Positions 9,709-16,122 of a DNA stretch of 64,000 nucleotides are shown here, piece after piece (the first letter of the stretch is position 1; each line of letters starts with the position of its first letter). A model generated the notes under the pieces. That model had not been told where the DNA came from and made no database searches. It worked only from the letters and a program-made list of their open reading frames with translations. The position numbers and the translations under genes are program-made. This DNA is from Prevotellaceae bacterium (lineage in GTDB: Bacteria > Bacteroidota > Bacteroidia > Bacteroidales > Paludibacteraceae): contig JAISWT010000111.1 of the NCBI GenBank assembly GCA_031271005.1, positions 3,428-67,427 of the forward strand, in the 5' to 3' direction.

Positions 9709-11637
9709 ATGGACAAAAACACAATTCTTGCATTCGCGCTTATCGCGCTTATTTTCATCGGTTTTACGTGGTTGGGCAAGCCCTCTGAAGAGGAAATTGC
9801 ACGCACACAACAGTACAACGATTCTATCGCGTCTGTTGAGCGTCAACGCCTTGCATCACAGGAGTTTAATGAAAGTTTAACGCCTGTTGCCTCCGACACT
9901 TTGACTGCAACTTCAACAAGCACAGACAGCGCAACCCTGACTGCCAAATACAGTACATTCGGCGTGGCGGCACAAGGAACAGAAACTTTTCATACTCTTG
10001 AAAACGAATTGATTAAGGTTGTAATTTCGAGCAAAGGCGGACGTATATACAGCGCGGAACTCAAGCAATATAAAACCCACAACAAACAGCCTCTTATACT
10101 GTTCGACAATGACGAAAGCGACATGAGTTTCACGTTTGCCACAATAGACAACCGCGTAATAAACACATCTGAACTGTATTTTGACATAGTTGATGACGCA
10201 CCGGCTCCGACCGATAAAAAAGACGGTCAAAATTTGGTTATGCGTTTGAAAACCGCAACAGATGCGTTCCTCGACATTGTGTATACACTGCCGGATAACG
10301 ATTATATGCTGTCATTCGCATTGAAAGGGACCGGCTTGAATCAGATTGTATCGCCCAATACAAATACATTAGACTTGCACTGGGCAGCAAAAATTCGCCA
10401 GCAGGAACACGGCAGAACGTTTGAAAACCGCTATGCAAAACTGGAATACAAGTTTAGCGGCAGAGACGTACAGGAACTTGGCAACACCAAAAACGTGCAA
10501 AAAAACGAGTTGGCAAAAATCAAGTGGATAGCCTTCAAAGACCAGTTCTTTAGCAGCGTACTGATTGCAGACGAATGGTTCTCCGACTCCAAACTTGTAA
10601 ATAACATGGAAGACGAAACATCGCCCTATCTGAAATCTTATGATGTTACAACTTCCATACCGTTTGATATAACAGGCGCCAAGCCAACAAATTTCAGAAT
10701 GTTTCTGGGTCCCAATCAGTACAAAATCTTCAGCAAATATGACCGGGGCTTGCCCACACCTGACAAGTTGTATCTCAACCGTTTGATACCTTTGGGATGG
10801 GGATTTTTCCTGTTCCAATGGGTTAATCGCTTCTTTATTATTCCTGTTTTCAACTTTTTAAGCCAGTTTATAGGCAATTTCGGAATAATTATACTTATTT
10901 TAACATTATTAGTGAAAACTCTGCTTTTCCCGCTTACATTCAAATCATATATGTCGGGGGCTAAAATGCGCGTTCTCAAACCCGAACTTGACGAAATAAA
11001 TGCCAAAATTCCCGCCGACAAGCCACAGGAACGCCAAAAAGCAATGATGAGTTTGTACAACAAAGTGGGCGTAAGTCCAATGGGCGGCTGCCTGCCAATG
11101 CTGATACAAATGCCCGTACTGGTGGCGCTGTTCTACTTTTTCCCCGCAGCAATAGAACTCAGGCAGGAAAGTTTTTTGTGGGCAAAAGACCTCTCTTCAT
11201 ACGACTCAATTCTAACTTTGCCTTTCAGCATCCCGTTTGGATATGGAAATCACGTCAGTCTGTTCTGTCTGCTGATGACGGCAGCCACCATAATGTCGAC
11301 CAAACTGAACCAGCAGACCCAACCGATGTCTTCCAATCAGCCCGGAATGGGAATGATGAAATGGATGATGTATCTGATGCCTGTATTCTTCCTGTTTATT
11401 TTCAACGGCTACGCATCAGGATTGACATTCTATTATTTCGTTTCGACACTGATTTCGGTTATCACCATCTACATCTGTCGCGCTATGGTTGACGAGAAGA
11501 AAGTGCTGGCACAACTGCACGCAAAACGCGCTCAACGCGCCAAAAACCCGGTCGCTGCAAAAAAAATGACCTTCATGGAACGCCTCGAAGCAATGCAGAG
11601 AGAACAGATAAAAAACACGCAGAAAAAGAGAAAATAA
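9709..11637 (+). CDS. yidC: Membrane protein insertase YidC
   Basis: 642 aa. N-terminal TM segment, large periplasmic domain, and a conserved C-terminal 60 kDa insertase core (..LLVKTLLFPLT.KSY.S.AKMR.LKPE..GVSPMGGCLPMLIQMPVL.ALF). Confidence 0.92.
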   Translation: MDKNTILAFALIALIFIGFTWLGKPSEEEIARTQQYNDSIASVERQRLASQEFNESLTPVASDTLTATSTSTDSATLTAKYSTFGVAAQGTETFHTLENELIKVVISSKGGRIYSAELKQYKTHNKQPLILFDNDESDMSFTFATIDNRVINTSELYFDIVDDAPAPTDKKDGQNLVMRLKTATDAFLDIVYTLPDNDYMLSFALKGTGLNQIVSPNTNTLDLHWAAKIRQQEHGRTFENRYAKLEYKFSGRDVQELGNTKNVQKNELAKIKWIAFKDQFFSSVLIADEWFSDSKLVNNMEDETSPYLKSYDVTTSIPFDITGAKPTNFRMFLGPNQYKIFSKYDRGLPTPDKLYLNRLIPLGWGFFLFQWVNRFFIIPVFNFLSQFIGNFGIIILILTLLVKTLLFPLTFKSYMSGAKMRVLKPELDEINAKIPADKPQERQKAMMSLYNKVGVSPMGGCLPMLIQMPVLVALFYFFPAAIELRQESFLWAKDLSSYDSILTLPFSIPFGYGNHVSLFCLLMTAATIMSTKLNQQTQPMSSNQPGMGMMKWMMYLMPVFFLFIFNGYASGLTFYYFVSTLISVITIYICRAMVDEKKVLAQLHAKRAQRAKNPVAAKKMTFMERLEAMQREQIKNTQKKRK

Positions 11638-11640
11638 AGA

Positions 11641-11677
11641 AGAGTAAAGACGGATTGCGGGTTAAAATCTCTACTCT
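11641..11677 (+). terminator. Possible yidC terminator hairpin
   Basis: agagtaaaga / tctctactct stem (one mismatch), followed by the T-rich ttattcttcgtttt. Confidence 0.3.
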
Positions 11678-11692
11678 TTATTCTTCGTTTTA

Positions 11693-11765
11693 CACAAAGA
11701 GATTATAGAGTTATCTGTTAGTGGTTAGATAGCAACTAACTTGATAACTTTGTAATCTCTCTGTG
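11693..11765. repeat. Imperfect long palindrome (23-nt arms, 3 mismatches)
   Basis: cacaaagagattatagagttatc ... gataactttgtaatctctctgtg. The loop contains TTAG-type units. Confidence 0.7.
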
Positions 11766-11844
11766 TTTCTCTGTGTTTCTCTGTGAAAGAATGTATTTTT
11801 TTGTTACACAGAGTGACACAGAGGATACGCAGAGTTACACAGAG
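11757..11844. repeat. Hairpin-forming word-repeat element (CTCTGTG)n - loop - (CACAGAG)n
   Basis: Left arm ctctctgtgtttctctgtgtttctctgtg; right arm cacagagtgacacagaggatacgcagagttacacagag. Confidence 0.8.
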
Positions 11845-11870
11845 GTTCTTCGCGCCTTCGTGCTTTTTTT

Positions 11871-11878
11871 TATATTTG
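11871..11878 (+). promoter_or_regulatory. Candidate -7 promoter box (TATATTTG) facing the 21-bp array
   Basis: TAnnTTTG match in an AT-rich stretch, 49 bp before the first 21-bp unit. No ORF follows. Confidence 0.3.
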
Positions 11879-11926
11879 TAAGAAAAATTTTAAAAATACT
11901 TTAAATTTAATATAAATGCACGTCAT

Positions 11927-12121
11927 TTGATATTAAATTTGGCGGTCTTGATATTGAATTCGCCAATCTTGATATTGAATTTGCCTTTTTTAATATTAAA
12001 TTTGCCAATCTTGATATTAAATTCGCCAGTCTTGATATTAAATTTGGCAATCTCGATATCAAATTCGCCAATCTTGATATTGAATTCGGCAATCTCGATA
12101 TTAAATTCGCCACATTTGATT
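11927..12121. repeat. 21-bp tandem repeat, 9 full units plus a partial one (iteron-like)
   Basis: Units TTGATATTRAATTYGSCAATC sit exactly at 11927, 11948, 11969, 11990, 12011, 12032, 12053, 12074 and 12095. Each unit contains ATTG-N7-CAAT half sites. Confidence 0.95.
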
Positions 12122-12280
12122 AAAGGAGGCTGTGTCGCGCAAAACAACTAAATTTATTGTCCTTTGTGCAACCTCCCACTTTGGCGGGAGAAAAAATATC
12201 AAATAATTAACAATTAATGATAGAAATGGTATTATTTAAAAATGGAGTAAAAGAATTAGCAATTCTCAATTCTCAATTAA

Positions 12281-12321
12281 CCACCTCACCCCCCAGCCCC
12301 CTCTCCAAAAGAGAGGGGGAG
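12281..12321. repeat. REP-like element, copy a
   Basis: ccacctcaccccccagccccctctccaaaagagagggggag is the exact reverse complement of 12489-12529. Confidence 0.9.
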
Positions 12322-12414
12322 AAGGGCGCAAAATTGTGGGAGCGCATATATGGGCAAAAGAAATGAAGGAATTAATTATTATTGATAGAACATAGAACAT
12401 AGACAAAAGACGTT

Positions 12415-12443
12415 GTAGAGACGCCCAATTTGGGCGTCTCTAC
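12415..12443. repeat. GTAG...CTAC hairpin (REP-like)
   Basis: gtagagacgccc aattt gggcgtctctac, a perfect 12-14 bp stem. Confidence 0.85.
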
Positions 12444-12488
12444 TACTGACCACTAACAATTAACCAGTAACATCAGCCGTACGCCCTA

Positions 12489-12529
12489 CTCCCCCTCTCT
12501 TTTGGAGAGGGGGCTGGGGGGTGAGGTGG
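12489..12529. repeat. REP-like element, copy a' (inverted)
   Basis: ctccccctctcttttggagagggggctggggggtgaggtgg, a perfect 41-nt reverse complement of 12281-12321. Confidence 0.9.
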
Positions 12530-12667
12530 AGAGTGTCGAAGTCAGGTGAAAACGGCTGCGCAGGGAAAAAAATTAACTGCAGAAATCAGCCCTAATTTTT
12601 TTGAGCAAAAAAATGTTTAGCGGACAGGAAAAATCGAAAATGGGGAAATGATATTGAATTGGCGTCC

Positions 12668-12695
12668 GTAGGGGCGAAAAATTTTTCGCCCCTAC
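12668..12695. repeat. GTAG...CTAC perfect palindrome (REP-like)
   Basis: gtaggggcgaaaaa/tttttcgcccctac, a 28-bp perfect palindrome. Confidence 0.9.
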
Positions 12696-12838
12696 TTACA
12701 ACGGCTCTTTTTTTGTCCCCGCTATCCATCACGCGCAAGCCTTCGCGCCCTGAAAGTCCAAAATCAAATGACCGACAGGGCGTTGACGCAACAATGATTA
12801 CGCCCCGTTGGGGCTTGTGTATTATTCGCGTTCTGTTC

Positions 12839-12857
12839 CGTAGGACGTTGTCCTACG
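12839..12857. repeat. Short GTAG...CTAC hairpin
   Basis: cgtaggac gtt gtcctacg. Neighbouring mini-hairpins are gcccc gtt ggggc and cggct ttc agccg. Confidence 0.7.
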
Positions 12858-13029
12858 CTATTGATTGTACGGCTTTCAGCCGTTTGCCCTGCCGAATAAT
12901 TAGCAGTTAGCAATTCTCAATTCTCAATTAAAAAAAAACAGTCCGCCTTTTATAGACGAACTGTTTTTCTTTTGAGAATTATTGCAGTTTTTATTCTGCT
13001 ACTTGCTAATTACTAATTGCCGCAAACGC

Positions 13030-15921
13030 TTAATCCTGCGAATGGTCGCGGTTATGAGCGGCATATTCTATTGCCCAAGCCAGATAGTTGCAGAACAGAT
13101 ATGAGTTATACACATTGCCTGCGCTAGTTGTCGGGTGACCGCCAGTGCCGCTAAAGTTTTTGGCGCGCGGCTTATAATCCGAAGTGGTAACAAGCGGGTA
13201 TGTAACTGTGGAAGTATTATCCCACGTGTTACTTGCCAGCCATCCTCCATCTCCGCAATAGAGCAATCCTTTTGTAGGATCGAAGAACATAAATACACCG
13301 CCATTGCTGCGCGTTGCCATCACCACTCCATTTGGCGCTGCGGCAGCAAGCGCGGCGGGACTCGTAATATAACTGCCCGTGCCATTATCGTTACCAACTG
13401 CCGTAATATCTACACCCTGACTGAATGGACCGTTGAGTATAGGATTGTTTTCGTAGTCGGCAGTACCCGGCGTCTGCAGAATGCCAAACTTGTAACGTCC
13501 GCCTTCATACGCCGCAGTGAGATTGCTTACGCCATATATTGTATTCATTATGCCTTCTATGTAAGAACCGGGCGTTTCGCATGAATACATCAACGCGCCG
13601 CCTCTTTGCAGGAACTCGGCAAGCACCTTAGCGCGGTTATTGCCGGGATTTCCGAATCCATTTACATATTGAATCAACACAATGTCTGCATCTCTGATAG
13701 CAGTATTCAGTTCCGCCTCTGTGTCAACATCCGTAGCGCTGGTAATGCGCGTTAAAGTAACGCCGCCTACAGGCACTGTGCCGTTGTAACCAAAGTTCAC
13801 ATCGGAGCCAAGCAGCGAATATCCTACAGAATTTGGATTATTCAGCGAAAAGTCGGCGCTGCCTAAGGATACTATCTTCATTGCACGGTAGCCAAACCAT
13901 AATGGTACCTCTATCGTTCCTGTCATTATGCCCGAAGATGGATCATCGGCAGATGTATAATAATAAATAACATCAGTGTATTTGCCCGGCGTTACCGTAA
14001 TAGGCAATGGATTTCCGGTTCTTGTATTCCAAACATACTGGGCAGGGTCTGTGGTTTTGTTTCCGCCTGCATCCACAAAGTCTCCGTCTTCGTCTATCTT
14101 AAACGGTGCAAGTGTAATTGTGGCAGCGCCAAGAGTATGTCCGCCCGGCAGCGGTGGCAATTCTCCTTTTGCCACATAGACAATTGTATCTGCTCCTTCG
14201 CCAAATTTCACGCGGAAATTATAGTCGCCCGGTATCGAGTAACTTGTCGTCAGGTTTATGCCTGATACAGGCGTATTGCCTGCCGCATCAATGGTATAGA
14301 CGCCCTGAGTTGCTGCGTTCATACTTGCAGTAGTATAATTACCTGCTATGGCAGTGTTGTACAGGTATCTCATTCCGTTAGCATGAGCGTTTATTCCTGA
14401 TGTTGGCGCCTGCTGTGCCAGTGTGATGTCTGCAAAACGCGCCACCGAAGGTTTAACCACTATTGCCGGTCGGCAGAACAGGTCTTCGGTATAATACCCG
14501 CTTTCACTTGACCAGTCATCTGCGTTGCCTGCTATTCCGTCCGGTCCGTCGGCATCGCCCGCACTGAACATGAGTTCTATAGGCGTATCGTACACAGTAG
14601 TATTCGTCTTTCTGTTCGCATTTGAAGCGTCTTTTGCTCCCACAGGATAAAGCGTCAGCGTATTGGTAGTGGATAGCAGCGTAACTTGGCTTGCGGTATA
14701 ACTCGTTCCGTTGTCTGTACAGGTAGCAAACTGCACGCCTGCAAAGTTAGCATACACTATATATTGTCCGGGCGCAGTTACCTCAATCGGTATTTTGATA
14801 TACGCATCGCTAACAAACTCCTCGCCGTTGCGCACGGTATCGGTATCAAACAGCGCACTAACCAAAGACAGATGTATAATCAAATTCGGGTCGGAGCATT
14901 GTACGCGGTTGAGTTTGAAGCCGCCCTTGCTCAGTTGAATATTGAACTCATAGTTACTTGCGGTTTTGCTTGTAGTTGTACTCATCAAAAAGTGGTCGCT
15001 GCCTGTGCCATACACATTAGCCTGTCCGGCAGCCACAGGTACAAGCACAGTAACTGTTTGCGGGAAACTGCCTGCGGGGTTGTAGCCCTGCGCATTGGCA
15101 GTTTCGCCTGTTGCGGCAAACGAGTATCCGTTCACTTCCGAAGTGGTAAGCCCCCAGGTACCCGGATTGTATACCAGCAGTTTAACCATCACTTTTTTTG
15201 TTCCGTCATCAAGCGGAGTAAGGATATTCCATTTCGGGTCCATCTGTTCCACGCTCAGAATAATATAGTCGGGGTCTCGCGGCAGCACGGTAATCGGAAT
15301 ATCGCAGGTTTGCAATACGCCGTTCATAGTAACATTTGCCGTATGGTTGCCTGACGTTGCCGGAAAGCCTGCTCCCGGCACAATAACATCAAAATAACCA
15401 GCCTTGGGAAAAATGCCTTTTGTGCTGAAATAATAGGTTTCACTGTTATTGCCGGCATCTTTCACGGCTGCCTCAATGCTGTAAGTACCGGGCTGGCTCA
15501 CATTTACAGGTATCCTCAAATAGTTGTTCACCGTCAGTGGCTCGTCAATAAGGTATGTTCCTATTGCTTGTGCATTGCTACAGTCGGCAAGTTCAAACAC
15601 TGCCGGTGGCGGCGTTCCGCAAAGATTCCACCAGCGTGCATCAGAGAGGTTATAGTATCTGAAGCAACTGCTGATGGTATCGTAGAACATCAGCCCGTCG
15701 TTATTAACGCCAACCATACTGTCAGGTTTTACTGCCACCACATCCTCAATAGTGATATTGCTTTCATTGGATTCCGGAAATTTTACTCCCTGAATTTCTC
15801 CTTCTTTTGATTTTATCTCAAGTACGGCATTGGGGCGTGGATTATCAGTATTAATACCCACCTGTGCATTCGCTGACACTGCCGTCAATGCTATTGCTAT
15901 ATACATTATTATTTTTTTCAT
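13030..15921 (-). CDS. Large secreted repeat-module protein of uncharacterised family (paralog A)
   Basis: 963 aa. Signal peptide MKKIIMYIAIALTAVSANA/QV, head motif VGINTDNPRPNAVLEI..DGLMFYDT..CFRYYN..W.NLCGTPPPAV, several Cys-bounded beta-rich modules (..VNVSQPGTYSIEA..YYFSTKGIFP..), and a conserved C-terminal ~250 aa domain. Clear paralog of 16123-18603. Confidence 0.85.
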   Translation of the reverse strand: MKKIIMYIAIALTAVSANAQVGINTDNPRPNAVLEIKSKEGEIQGVKFPESNESNITIEDVVAVKPDSMVGVNNDGLMFYDTISSCFRYYNLSDARWWNLCGTPPPAVFELADCSNAQAIGTYLIDEPLTVNNYLRIPVNVSQPGTYSIEAAVKDAGNNSETYYFSTKGIFPKAGYFDVIVPGAGFPATSGNHTANVTMNGVLQTCDIPITVLPRDPDYIILSVEQMDPKWNILTPLDDGTKKVMVKLLVYNPGTWGLTTSEVNGYSFAATGETANAQGYNPAGSFPQTVTVLVPVAAGQANVYGTGSDHFLMSTTTSKTASNYEFNIQLSKGGFKLNRVQCSDPNLIIHLSLVSALFDTDTVRNGEEFVSDAYIKIPIEVTAPGQYIVYANFAGVQFATCTDNGTSYTASQVTLLSTTNTLTLYPVGAKDASNANRKTNTTVYDTPIELMFSAGDADGPDGIAGNADDWSSESGYYTEDLFCRPAIVVKPSVARFADITLAQQAPTSGINAHANGMRYLYNTAIAGNYTTASMNAATQGVYTIDAAGNTPVSGINLTTSYSIPGDYNFRVKFGEGADTIVYVAKGELPPLPGGHTLGAATITLAPFKIDEDGDFVDAGGNKTTDPAQYVWNTRTGNPLPITVTPGKYTDVIYYYTSADDPSSGIMTGTIEVPLWFGYRAMKIVSLGSADFSLNNPNSVGYSLLGSDVNFGYNGTVPVGGVTLTRITSATDVDTEAELNTAIRDADIVLIQYVNGFGNPGNNRAKVLAEFLQRGGALMYSCETPGSYIEGIMNTIYGVSNLTAAYEGGRYKFGILQTPGTADYENNPILNGPFSQGVDITAVGNDNGTGSYITSPAALAAAAPNGVVMATRSNGGVFMFFDPTKGLLYCGDGGWLASNTWDNTSTVTYPLVTTSDYKPRAKNFSGTGGHPTTSAGNVYNSYLFCNYLAWAIEYAAHNRDHSQD

Positions 15922-16122
15922 TATTATTTTTTATAAAATTAATAAATAGGCTTCGTTTTAAGCCTTTCCCAAAAGGAAAGTTAAATTGTAATTATCTCAT
16001 TTGCGCGATGCTGTTTTAGCATCGGCAATATGCGCTAACTCTGCACGCACAAATTTTCGTACAATTTTTACAGTCTGTTCTGTTCCTTTTCAGGAATGGC
16101 TTAATAACAAAGTTGTTTTCCT

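Noticed and set aside
9396-9818. A 140-aa minus-strand ORF in the trmB-yidC spacer. Similar ORFs occur at 12659-12910, 29809-30030 and 49445-49723.
   Set aside because: Each is assembled from REP-like palindromes, word repeats or the 90-bp inverted repeat. The peptides (..PLSLWGGARAG.., ..VGAKNFSPLL.., ..FTTKNTKKFTKGTKH..) are translations of repeat DNA.
11907-12151. Three overlapping ORFs (68-74 aa) encoding heptad-repeat peptides (ANLISRL.., EFNIKIG.., LILNSPI..) across the 21-bp array.
   Set aside because: All three frames on both strands are open only because the 21-bp unit lacks stops. The starts are GTG/TTG with no supporting context, and the periodic peptide simply mirrors the DNA repeat. 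I treat the region as non-coding.
11640-13030. Chromosomal oriC next to yidC (AT-rich stretch plus repeats).
   Set aside because: I could not find DnaA-box-like TTATCCACA/TGTGGATAA sequences by eye, and there is no dnaA/dnaN nearby. It is kept only as a minor alternative under the iteron finding. GC-skew analysis of the whole genome would be decisive.
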